Notes: a model not told the origin generated them from the sequence alone. 64,000 nt of DNA from Vitrella brassicaformis CCMP3155 (GCA_001179505.1 CDMY01000270.1:1-64000); one strand, 5' to 3'; numbered from the stretch's first letter, positions 1-11,511 are shown. Numbers and translations: made by a program.

Positions 1-2295
1 CTTCCCCCGCAGCAACTGCGAACTCGCCAGAAACGGTAAGTCGGTCACACTCACACGGCCCAGCCGACCAAGAGAGGCCAACCAGCCACCAAGAGCGATG
101 TCTGTCTGTCTGTCTGTGTGTGTCTGCCTGTGTGTGCAGATGAGTTGGTGGTTGACGGTGCATCTCGTGTCAAGGTTGTGGGCCTCAGCTCGCCGTCCGA
201 CCGCATGCCCGGCCAGGCCTCCCTCCTGTACTCGTCATGCGTCGCCAACCTCCTCAAGGCAAGCAGCGGGCTGCAGCCACCCGACACGACAAACACACAC
301 AGACAGACAGACAGACATGAGTGTGTGTGTGTCGATATATCTATGGGTCAGAGTGCGGGTGGCGCTGAGGGCTTCAGTGTGCAGGCGGATGCCGACGTCC
401 GTGCCATGCTTGTCACGCATGAGGGGGCCGTCGTGTACACGGCCGAGCAGCCGCCCTCTCCCACAGCCATCTACGAGGGCGTCGAGGTAGCCGTCGAGGT
501 GCCCGCCGAGCCGGCCCCCGAGCACCCCACCGCCACAAGTCAGTGAGCAGACGCATGTCTAAAGCACACAGACAGACACACAGACAGCGATGGATGACAT
601 ACACATAATTAATGGTGTGGTGTGGCTGCGATCAGCGATTGAGAGTGTGTTGAAGCGTTTGCTGGCCAACGAAATCGTCTTCGCGGTATGTATGTCACAT
701 GGATGGATGGATGGATGCGTGTGTGTGTGGGCTGCTGTGTGTGGGCTGCTGTGTGTGTGTGTGTGTGTGTGATGGGTGTGCAGTTGTTGGTGTCGGTGGG
801 TGCGGTGTTGTTCTTTCTGCTGGGTTTCGTCATGGACGTGTTGGAGCTGCGCCACATGCTCTCCTTCACACTCGCAATCATCGTCGGATTCTTCTGTGTC
901 TGGAGGTAAGCCAGCCAGGGAGGGAGGAAGGGAGGGAGGGACACATCCATTCACTCAGTCGTGTTTGTGTGTGTGTGTGTGTTGGTCATGCATCAATAAA
1001 TCAGCGTGACGCCGGCTCTGCACACGCCACTGATGAGTGTGACCAACGCCATCAGCGGCATCGTCATCGTCGGCAGCATGATACAACTCGATCGAGTAAG
1101 TCATTAAGCTGCAAACCAGACACACACATGCATTCGATGTGTTTGTGTGCCTGTGGATGGATGGATGGATGTGTGTGTGTGTGTGTGTGTGTGTGCAGTG
1201 TGTGGCGTGCCCGTCGTCTGTGTGCGGCGAGCTGGGCATCCTGCTGGCCAGCTTCAACATCGGCGGCGGCTTCACCATCACCNNNNNNNNNNNNNNNNNN
1301 NNNNNNNNNNNNNNNNNNNNNNNNNNNNNNNNNNNNNNNNNNNNNNNNNNNNNNNNNNNNNNNNNNNNNNNNNNNNNNNNNNNNNNNNNNNNNNNNNNNN
1401 NNNNNNNNNNNNNNNNNNNNNNNNNNNNNNNNNNNNNNNNNNNNNNNNNNNNNNNNNNNNNNNNNNNNNNNNNNNNNNNNNNNNNNNNNNNNNNNNNNNN
1501 NNNNNNNNNNNNNNNNNNNNNNNNNNNNNNNNNNNNNNNNNNNNNNNNNNNNNNNNNNNNNNNNNNNNNNNNNNNNNNNNNNACATAATTAATGGTGTGG
1601 TGTGGCTGCGATCAGCGATTGAGAGTGTGTTGAAGCGTTTGCTGGCCAACGAAATCGTCTTCGCGGTATGTATGTCACATGGATGGATGGATGGATGCGT
1701 GTGTGTGTGGGCTGCTGTGTGTGGGCTGCTGTGTGTGTGTGTGTGTGTGTGATGGGTGTGCAGTTGTTGGTGTCGGTGGGTGCGGTGTTGTTCTTTCTGC
1801 TGGGTTTCGTCATGGACGTGTTGGAGCTGCGCCACATGCTCTCCTTCACACTCGCAATCATCGTCGGATTCTTCTGTGTCTGGAGGTAAGCCAGCCAGGG
1901 AGGGAGGAAGGGAGGGAGGGACACATCCATTCACTCAGTCGTGTTTGTGTGTGTGTGTGTGTTGGTCATGCATCAATAAATCAGCGTGACGCCGGCTCTG
2001 CACACGCCACTGATGAGTGTGACCAACGCCATCAGCGGCATCGTCATCGTCGGCAGCATGATACAACTCGATCGAGTAAGTCATTAAGCTGCAAACCAGA
2101 CACACACATGCATTCGATGTGTTTGTGTGCCTGTGGATGGATGGATGGATGTGTGTGTGTGTGTGTGTGTGTGTGCAGTGTGTGGCGTGCCCGTCGTCTG
2201 TGTGCGGCGAGCTGGGCATCCTGCTGGCCAGCTTCAACATCGGCGGCGGCTTCACCATCACCACACGCATGCTGCAAATGTTCAGAGCCAAGTGA
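1..2295 (+). CDS. NNT: NAD(P) transhydrogenase, 3' part (end of domain I plus alpha-subunit transmembrane helices); 5'-truncated by the window edge
   Basis: Spliced exons (1-35, 140-258, 352-538, 636-685, 784-905, 1005-1095, last exon 2179-2295 in the post-gap copy) read ..[72 protein letters not shown]. These are the hallmark PntA C-terminal motifs ([18 protein letters not shown]; NIxGGFxxTxRMLxMF). Exons in 603-1282 are duplicated across the gap. Confidence 0.93.
603..2262. repeat. Apparently identical 680-bp direct duplication (603-1282 = 1583-2262) flanking a 300-N gap; probable assembly artefact
   Basis: The two copies are offset by 980 and appear identical, including microsatellite lengths. 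Each copy abuts the gap, as expected for unmerged overlapping contig ends. Confidence 0.85.
1283..1582. other. Scaffold gap (300 N); identical-length gaps also at 11517-11816, 12674-12973, 29502-29801 and 62402-62701
   Basis: All five N runs are exactly 300 long, so they are placeholders. Three are flanked by poly-C or poly-G runs. Confidence 0.97.
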
Positions 2296-3803
2296 AGTCA
2301 ACGACCGACCCACAAACCCAACCATCGACACATACATTCGCACATGGATGGATGGATGGATGGATGGACAACTGAGTGAGGAGTGAGTGGACGACAGAGA
2401 CAGACAGACAGACGGAGAGACGACACGCTGACTGACTGACTGACTGATCATGAACGAGTGAATGAATGACAAATCGACAGACACGTTAATTGCCATCGCT
2501 GTGTGTATCTGGGCTGAATCGCTGCCCCGCATTCATCCATCCGCAACAACAAGCATATAGACGGTGACCGATCTACTCGTGCCCCGCCACTCAACAGCAC
2601 TCCGCCGCTCTCTCGTCATCTCAGTACGTGCAAAATCAAGCCCACGATCCATGGGCCGCCAAACTCTCACAGCGTCTCATATATACAAGACACACCTGCT
2701 TATCAGATCAGACTGCTTTTCGTCCAACGAAAGGCCGAAATTTCATCATCAGCCAGGATGCGTCGCCCAGGATGAGAGCCCCAGTGCAGTCAGTAGCCGG
2801 AATGACCCGAAAACTGCACCGTGTCACGCCTCAGAGGCCTCGCTGGAACACTCCGTTGAGACGCAACAGCCCCCGCAACAGCCCCCAGGATTGCCAACTC
2901 ACATCGGCAAGACCTCTGGAGGGGGTTGGCGATGTATCTCCCCTCTCAGAGGTCCGATCCTTCCTCCTTCCTCCTAGGGCCTCGCCCCGCGGGTTGATTC
3001 TTATACCGGACGTCTCCGCGAACCGAACCCGCGCCCTTTATAAAGTGACAGGGAAGCACCGGGTCCCCCGACTGGGCTGTGCTTGGACTGACCAAAGAGG
3101 AGGCCACTTCGGCTACACTCCGCCACTCGGCATCTTACATCCATCAAATGGCCACGTGGCGCCGCCAAACGCTCACAGGTGCCTCACAGGACACGCACCA
3201 CTAAGCTGGAGGCTCCAAGTTTGCGGAAAAAAGCTATCTCGCCGGGGCCGCTGGGACGGGCCCCATTGCAGAGGACACTTCCCGATAGTAGTGTGTGCTG
3301 ACAGACGCCTTATCAGCATGCCCATGATGCAACCGACTGCTTCCTGATGCTTCCTGATCAAAAACGAGCCGAACAGAGACGGTTTTGAACCACACAGTGG
3401 TGTCACGGATGTGAGCCCCATTGCATTGTGCGCACACATCGCAGCCATATGAATCGCAGCGCCCATGTCGAATGAGCACCGTATGAGTCAACATGACGAA
3501 TGAAACTTTGTCGTCTCAAATCATTCGAATGAAACTCATGTATGTAGGCTCATATGGCTCCACGATTCATATGACTCTACGTTGTACAGATATCTGATTT
3601 TGTGTGTTTTTGCGAGATGGACTCGCTGATTGATGCAGCAGCAGCCATCCCATCCTGTGGGAGGGTCAGTCTGTACGCACATATGAACCAATCCACTCGC
3701 ATGCCATCTCACTCGCCTATCTATCCACACACCCACACACGGTGACACACCCACACGCCACTGTACACACACACACACGCGCACACACACACACACACAC
3801 ACA

Positions 3804-3894
3804 CAGTGAGGGTCGGATAAGTGAGACACGGCCCGGGGTGTCCCATTTAGCGTTTTTCCCATTTAGCAGCGTCCCACTTATCCGACCCTCACAG
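3804..3894. mobile_element. 91-bp MITE-like element with 24-bp terminal inverted repeats, Tc1/mariner-like ends
   Basis: Left arm 3804-3827 is CAGTGAGGGTCGGATAAGTGAGAC. The reverse complement of the right arm 3871-3894 is CTGTGAGGGTCGGATAAGTGGGAC (22/24 match). TA follows at 3895-3896 and CA precedes on the left, inside a (CA)n tract. There is an internal direct repeat TCCCATTTAGC x2. Confidence 0.7.
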
Positions 3895-4341
3895 TACACG
3901 GCAGCCATGCCTTCACACATTTCATGCAATACACCGATGGATGGATGGATGGATGTGACAATGGGTAGTATGACGTCAAAAAGAAGAGAAGGCTACATTG
4001 CGTGGCACCACTTCGCGTCTCCAAAAGGGTCTCGACTCGCCCCGCACTGATCGTATCTCAGTCAGTGGCCGTACTGTACTGGTGGTTGCGGTGTGTGACC
4101 GTACTTACTTACTGCTATCTGTCTATCAACAGGCATGGACGGACAAATGCCCTGCCAACCGAACGCAAAGAGCGCCTTCTCCCTCTCTTTCTGTCTGTCT
4201 GTCTGTTCATGTGTGTGGCGACATTTCCAGCAGGGGTCGGCCCTGCCGGTGGTTCTCGGGGATGGCATCCTCTGCACACACAGACACCCACACACACATA
4301 GAAAGATACACATGGTACATGTTGGTGCCTGAGGGTGGCAT

Positions 4342-6917
4342 TCATTGCTTCGTTGACCCACCCGGCAGCTGGTGGTATTCCTGCAGCTGGGTCTTCACCT
4401 CCATCATCACCTCGCGACGCAACGCATTGCGGACGGAATTCTGACACATGCATGGCATGGACACAGTGAGTGATGTGTACGCCTTCTCTCTACCCACACC
4501 CACCCACCCTCCCACCCACCCACCTGTGTGTATTTCTGGTAGAAGTAGAAGGCCATGGCGGCGATGACGGTTATCAGCAAGACGACCAACACCACGGTGC
4601 CCATCGACACACCCTCGACAATGCGGTTCTCTATCCGTCTGGCCGCCTCCCTGACGACACCACACACACACGGAAAAGACACAAACGCAATACATACAGC
4701 ACATTGATTGCATATGGCGTACACATGCACTGCATCCAGGCAGGCAGGCACCATGCATTCCCGTACGTATCTTATCTGTCTGTGTGCTGTGTGGCGTTCT
4801 ACTAAGTCCACAAGTGTGTGCACCATTCATTGTGCGTCCCCTGTGGGCCTTAACACCGCCACTGTGCCTCCCTCTATCTATGCACCGCCGACTTGGAAGG
4901 ATCCCCGTGGTAGTCAGAACCGATCCAGTAAATACGATGCAACTAACGGCTGGCTCCCTGCCGGCCTGCCTGGCTGGCTGGCTGGCTGGCTGACGTGTGT
5001 GTATGCCCGTGTGTATGTGTGTGCTCACTGTTTGAGTCTTGTGCACTCTGCTGGCTCCTGCTCGAGGCCCTGACACACCGCCCTGGTCACTTGATCCACA
5101 TCCAACATACCAGCAAACCTACACATACACACCCACCCATTTTCATCCACAACGCCTTGGTCTCCATGTTGCTGACCGCACTCACCTCCATCCGTTGATT
5201 CTGAGAGCCAAGAGGCTCCAGGCCTGGTTGGACTGCTCTTGGGTGAGCAGGTAATGGCCCTTCTGACCCTCCATGCAATCCCTTATCAGCTGCCTGGGCA
5301 CCTGCCGGCTGCTGATATGCCGGTCATGGTACAGCTTGTCGATGATGGCGTCGGCACACTCATCCGAGAAGGGCGACCCCAGCTGCCGGCGGCCGTGGTG
5401 GTGCCCGTGATGGTGGCCGTGATGGTGGTGGCCGCCGTGTCTGTGGTGGTGTGAGGGCATCGATGCGGGGGCGTTGGCGATGTTGTGTGCCTGGATGGAG
5501 CACTGCTCGGCGAAGGCCTTGACGTATAGCCAGTATGGATTGCTGAAGAGGGAGTCGCTGTGGCCGGGGATCGGTGTGGCCGTCAGGTTGTACACACACA
5601 GCTGACGCAAATCCTCTCTGACCACCTGCAGGTCAACAACACATACATAGAACACACAGACACGCAGCGAACGAAGACACTGGTTGCTCCTGTCGTGTGA
5701 ACGTTCCCCCTCCCGCCCCCGTGCTGTGTTGCGTTGTCTGACCGCTTCGCCAGTGACGGACCCGCTTGGGCCGTCAGGGTCGTCTGCGCAGAAGTCGGTC
5801 TTCTTCTGCGCGCCTGGCTTGAAGGTAGGATCGTAGCAGAGGTCCTCGAAGTGTTTGGGGAAGGACACGATGCGGTAGTGAGGCACGAAGCGCATGTGGT
5901 TCTTGAGCATCTCAGCGTGGCGAGAATACTCCTGCAGAAAGCGGCTCCCTGCACACAACAGACAGACGCATGGGCCATGGCGGGCGGATGAGAGAGCCGC
6001 GAAGGCGACACTTGGTTGTACGTACCTTCCTCTGATGCAGCGTCAGTCCAGAAGTCGACCCACGCGACGTCTCGGGTGGGTATATCCCACTCCACCTCGC
6101 CGTAAACGGTTTTATCGTCTTCTTTGTTGGTCATGTCAGCGTGCTTGATGAAGTCCTTGAGCAGCTGGCCCGTCTCGTGGTCGATGAGGATGGAGGGGAT
6201 GTAGATGTCCTTCCCGTAGCCGTCGTCGGCCATGATAATGTGCTGGATGTCCTGCCATGTGTAGCTCGACGTCTTGCTGTCCGCCACCACCACCGCCGTC
6301 GCCTTGTACTCGTCCTGTGCTACCTTGACCTTCGTCACGAATGTGCACACGCCTCTGCACCGCGCACACACATCCACAAGGTATGGGTGTTGGTGTGTGT
6401 GAGTGTTTGCTGGTTGTGTCGTGCGTCGTGTGTGTGTCACCTACCTGTCGACAACGATGATCAGCGAGTCGAAGGCGGTGGGCAGGTTGTTGACGTTGCC
6501 GTCGAAATCCTTGAGATCCGGCAGGTCTTTCGTGATGTTGAAGTAGCCGGGCTTGCAGTGCATCCCAGCGTCCTCTCTATAGATGAAACGACCCACCAGT
6601 GTCGTGCCTGACAGACAGGTCGATAGATAGCATACGAAACAAACGGACCAATGAATGGACAACGAGAGAGAGAGGTTCCCCTGTGCTGTGTCCTTCCTGC
6701 CTGGGAGCTCACCATAGTATGGTGCCCCAAATGTGGCTGTGGTGCCGGGAATGATGCCTCCCCGGTCTGGGAAGCGCAGGGCCAGTTGGTCAGCCAACGA
6801 GTGTGGAGTCGTCACCCTGATCTGACCAGCCGCCAACGTCAGCACAGACGCCAGCAGCATCGTTAGCATAGGCAGCCGGGATGGCTGGCTGGCTGCAGAT
6901 CTTGGACTCATTTCCAT
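4342..6917 (-). CDS. Vacuolar-sorting-receptor (VSR/BP-80)-like type I membrane protein with PA domain
   Basis: Signal peptide (MLTMLLASVLTLAAG; start could be 6869). PA motif IIVVDR|GVCTFVTKV and MADDGYG..IPSILI. VSR motifs FCADDPDG and VVREDLRQLCV, then LRINGWRFAGMLD..VTRAVCQG. TM segment VSMGTVVLVVLLITVIAAMAFYFY (exon 4524-4650). Tail VKTQLQEYHQL carries a YxxL motif (4366-4377). No EGF repeats seen. Confidence 0.82.
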
Positions 6918-7252
6918 TGTGTTGTGGTTCTCCTGGTCCCGGCTTGCGGCGCAGGAAGCTCCCCCGGTGCACTCAGACGCTCCTCTCATGTCAGACGCTC
7001 GCCAACGAAGATGGATGGATGATTCCTCACTCAGCTGTCCTTGCAGCTGTCGTTCGAATGAATCATTAAAAACGGATGAGCTATAGGCTGTGACGCGCTG
7101 GAGCTACGCCCAAGCGAGGCCCTCTTTCCTTCTCCCTCTGCCCCGGAAAGCTCGCAACTGAGCTCGCAGAAAGGGAAAGCGAAAACGAAGCTTCCCCCCA
7201 CGCCGGGTGCGTTGCACTCGACTTGATGGCATTCTAGCAGCAGAAAGCCAAG

Positions 7253-10200
7253 ATGGTGAGAACAACATTCATGAGGAGGGACGGGACGGCAGGACCTGCT
7301 CGTGTTGTCATGTGTGGTTTATGTGGTACGTACAGGCAACGTTGGCGGATTCGTTTCTGCAAGATCTGGAGGATTTGGAGGACGACCTGCAGCAGGAACA
7401 GCCGGCGGCCGACGAGGAGAGCGACGAGGAGATCATCGATGCCGTCGAGGCCTACGAGAAGGCCCAGACGCAGACAGTGGCCGTCGTGTCCAACCTGGCA
7501 AAGCAGCAACACTTCCTCAATGTGCTAGAGGTAGGTCACACCACAACACACAGCAGCAAGGTGACTCCAACACAATATATACGGTTTGGTTGTGTGCGTT
7601 CAGCGTGTGCGCAAGCTGACTAGCGGCAATGAGGATGCCATGGATGTCGATGGCGAGAAGGAGACGCCCAAGGTGGCCGTCAAGCGGGAGGAGGGCAACA
7701 ACGACAGCAACAACGGTGAGGCCATTGAGCTGCGTGACGGCAAGGGAGACGAGTACGACCTCATCGAGCAGTGCAATCAGCTTGTCGGCACCATCGACAG
7801 CGAGTGAGCATCCACACACACACACAGGCAGACAGACAGACGGAGAAGCCGACGGACATGCAATGCATTCGTGTGGTGTTGCCTGCTCTGCTCTGCTCTG
7901 CTCTCCGTTTATTGTGTTGTGTGTGTGAGGATAATGAACATCCACAAGTTCATCAAGGATGTGTACGGCAAGAAGCTGCCCGAGCTGGAGCAGATCGTCT
8001 ACTCGCCCCTCGAGTACATCGCCATCATCAAACGAGTCGGCAACGAAACGGTCAGTCTGTCTGTCATGTCACACGATCGAACAGTGTCGGCAGTCGTCCG
8101 AATGTGTGATGGTGTGATGTGTGGTGTGTGGTGTTCAGGATTTGACTCAGATCGACTTGTCTGATTTGCTGCCCAACACGGTCATCATGGCCGTCACCGT
8201 GGCCGCCAGCATGACCACAGGTGCATACCACACACACTACCTACCACACGTCACGTGGCGGGAACCCGTGTCTGTCTGTCTGTGTGCCATCATCAATCAG
8301 GTTCTCCGCTGCCCCCCTCTGAGTTGGATAAGGTCATGGGTGCCGCTGAGGAGGCTCTGCACCTCGCAGAGTGCAGGAAAGACGTACCTCACCCACCCAC
8401 ATTCACACCCACAGTACAGTCCACTCTTTGTTCATGTCTGCCATGTGTGTGTGTCAGGTGTTGCTGTATCTGGAGTCCAAGATGTCTTTGATGGCGCCCA
8501 ACCTCACGGCCATCCTGGGGTCGGCCCTGGCCGCGCGGCTGCTCACACAGGCGGGGGGGCTCCTCAATCTCTCCCGCATGCCCGCGCAGAACATTATGGT
8601 AAGTACAGACACACACAGGGAGGGAAGAGGATTGTTCGCGATTCATGACTCACCAACCATCAGTGGGATGTTGTGCGTTGGGTGTTCTGTTCTGTGCGTG
8701 CAGCTGATTGGATCGCAGAAGAAGGCGTCTGTGGGCTTCTCGACAGCCACCGCTGGCAACACAGTGGTCAGTCAGCATAACTCAGAGATGAGCTGAGCAC
8801 AGTGGTGCCCACAGTGGCGTGTCTCTCCCTCTCGTGCAAACTGTGTTTTGTTTGTTGTCTGAGCTGCAGGGTCTGATTTTCCAGTCTGACCTGGTGTTGG
8901 GGACGCCTCCCGCCTTCCGCAACCGAGCTGTCAAACTTGTGGCGGGAAAGTCAGTAGGCACACAGACAGACCAGCCAGATCAGACGATGCAATGCCTTAT
9001 TGTCATACACGTGACGTGGCTGGAAGGCTGGATTGGATGGCTGCGTGTCACGCGTGTCAGGTGCTCTTTGGCGGCGCGTGTGGACTCGTTCAACGAGTCG
9101 CCCCAGGGGCAGGTGGGCGTCCAGCTGAGGGAGAAGATCGTACAGTCCCTACTCAAGGTGAGTAGAGCAGGGGAGGGAGGAAACAAACACAACACCATCA
9201 CAACCGACACACCGGTGGACCACACACAAACGTACGTATCTTCCTTCTGGTGATGTGATGTGTTCAGTCGCAGGAGCCTCCCCCCGCCCCCCAGAAGAAG
9301 GCACTACCCCTCCCCGATGAGAAACCCAAAGCCAGACGGGGCGGACGCAAGTGAGCACCTCCCCGGTTGATCGATCGTATCTGTCATGCATGTCGGGTGT
9401 GTGTGTGTGCGCGTTTGTATGATCAGGTATCGTCGCATGAAGGAGAAGTACGGCATGAGTGAGTTCCGCAAGCAGGCCAACAGACTCAAATTCGGACCGG
9501 ACGCCGAGGAGGAATACGGACTCAAAGGTGCGGTACACACACATACATGACATGGATGTGGATAGGACACACGCAGACAGACAGACAGACAGACATCCGG
9601 ACATTTACCGTGTGTGTGTGTGTGTGTGTGTGTGTGCGCAGGTAAGGGTTTGGGCATGTTGGGTCAGAGTACTGGCTTCGGCAAACTCAAACTCGAACAA
9701 AAGAAGGCCAAAGTCCAAATGCGTAAGCAAAGCAACCCAACGCCCCCACACAGACACAGACACGGACACCGGCTGGTCATTGACCTCATCTCTGTCCTCT
9801 CTATGTCATGTCTGTGTCTGGCCTCAGCAAGCAAGTCGCGCCACGCCCGTCTGGCGGCCTCTCAGGCCGCATCGGCAGGGGCCACTGCAGGTGACCACAC
9901 ACACCGCATGCAACTGATCGCCAGGCACCACTTATTGTTTCCCTCCCTCTGTGTGTGTGTGATGTCCCTTATTGCAGCGTCAGGGACGGCCTCGTCGGTC
10001 ACCTTCACATCCATGCAGGTCAGCCAGTCAGTCAGTCAGGAGGGAGGGAGAAGGCTTACGGGAGCCACCCCACCCAGACGGCTGGCCAGCTCGTGTGTGC
10101 GGGTGTCTGTGTCATGTCGGTCTGTCTGCAGGGCATTGAGTTGGTGAATCCCGACGTCCAGCGGCAGAAGAAGGCGCCGCAGAAGAACACCGACAAATAC

Positions 10201-10390
10201 TTCGGGTCAACCAACTTCATCTTGGTGAGCTCCCCCGCTCAGCTGACACAGCACAGCAGTCCCTGCCTTGTTTGTCCTGATTATGTATGTGGTGGGTGTG
10301 GTGTGTTGGTCTGTCTGCTTGGGGTGTGTGTGTGTGGTGTGTGTAAACAAACAGGTCGAGAAGGACAAGATGAAGAATGCGGGCCAATGA
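7253..10390 (+). CDS. PRP31: U4/U6 snRNP protein Prp31 (Nop domain)
   Basis: M|ATLADSFLQDLEDL start. NIHKFIKDVYGKKLPELEQIV, MAPNLTAILG..AARLLTQAGGLLNLSRMPAQNI, SLAARVDS, LPLPDEKPKARRGGRK|YRRMKEKYGMSEFRKQANRLKFG, GTASSVTFTSMQGIELVNP. Many GT-AG introns, in-frame to the stop at 10388-10390. Confidence 0.96.
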
Positions 10391-10597
10391 GCAGCCCAGC
10401 CATGTGAACGTCTGATTGAGTGACTAATCTGCATGCCATGCGATGCGCGTGTGTGTGTGCATGGACCGCTCGATTGACCTGATCGATGGACGACTGTCTT
10501 GACCCTCGCAGCGTCACACCGTCCACGAACAGACAGAAGCCTTCTGACTGACGTCATGAGATCCATCCATCCATCCACTATAGTTACACGCGTCACG

Positions 10598-11265
10598 TCA
10601 GAGGAACACGCACTCATCGTAGCAGACGATCCTCTCGTCCGACAGCAGCAGCATCTTGTTGTCGACATCTATCCTCTCTATCGGGGCGTCGTGAATGCCA
10701 CATCTCGCTGACCAGAAGTCCTCCTCTCTCCCAAACCGACGCAAATCCTCACTCCTCGCTAGCACCAGACAGTTGTTGCGCCCGTCTGGACGAACGGCAA
10801 CAAACCACAGACCAGACAGCCACAGACAGGCACAAGTAAATGCCGCCCGGCAAGCACCTCCTTGTGAGCTCAGCTGTCTTCCGTGTCTGTCTGTGTCTGC
10901 TCACTCACCGCTTTTGGCGATTCGGTGCACCTCGGTCACCAGATCTCGTGCAGGAGGCACCTTGGCAGGCTCTGCTGGCGGCTTCCCAGAGATGACGAAC
11001 ACATACAACGGCCCATGGGGGTTCTGAGTGAACGCACAGGCAACCCTCCCTTCACACGTCCCGACCGACCAGTCTCCCTGCTCGTCTCCCTCACCGGCTG
11101 ACACCACACCCATGGCCAGGTGTCCTTGCCGTCTCGCCACTGCTTCAGGTAGCCAACGAGGTCACCGCTGTGGTCACTGGCAGCCTCGCACCGGACAACT
11201 GGAAGGGAGGATACCAGACCCTGGAGGCATCTTGATAGGGCAGACAGAAGAAATGACGATGGCAT
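10598..11265 (-). CDS. Hypothetical 157-aa protein (3 exons), possible organellar presequence
   Basis: Exons 11265-11095, 11023-10909 and 10785-10598 are bounded by GTGAG donors and CAG acceptors. Phases match (0, then 1), giving a stop-free frame MPSSFLLSALSRCLQ..WPWVWCQPNPHGPLYVFV..KSDGRNNCLVLARSED..MLLLSDERIVCYDECVFL*. Confidence 0.7.
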
Positions 11266-11480
11266 CGCCAGGCCAGTCAGCTACCACCGCCAATTGAGCA
11301 CCGACACGGTTGAAGCTTCAGAGCCTGATGAATGAACTGTGCAGGGAGCTCAAGCAAATAAAACATTGTTCCTCATCGCTCTGTACCTGGATCTCAATGG
11401 AATGCGTGCAGAACCAAAACACCTCTCGTGCGTCGGATCAGATCTTCCAGTCGCAAAGAAGTTGAGCTCGCACCCCGACC

Positions 11481-11511
<31 letters not shown>

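Noticed and set aside
603-2262. Apparent tandem exon duplication inside the transhydrogenase gene
   Set aside because: The copies look identical, including unstable microsatellites, and sit on either side of a placeholder gap, so this is almost certainly unmerged contig overlap.
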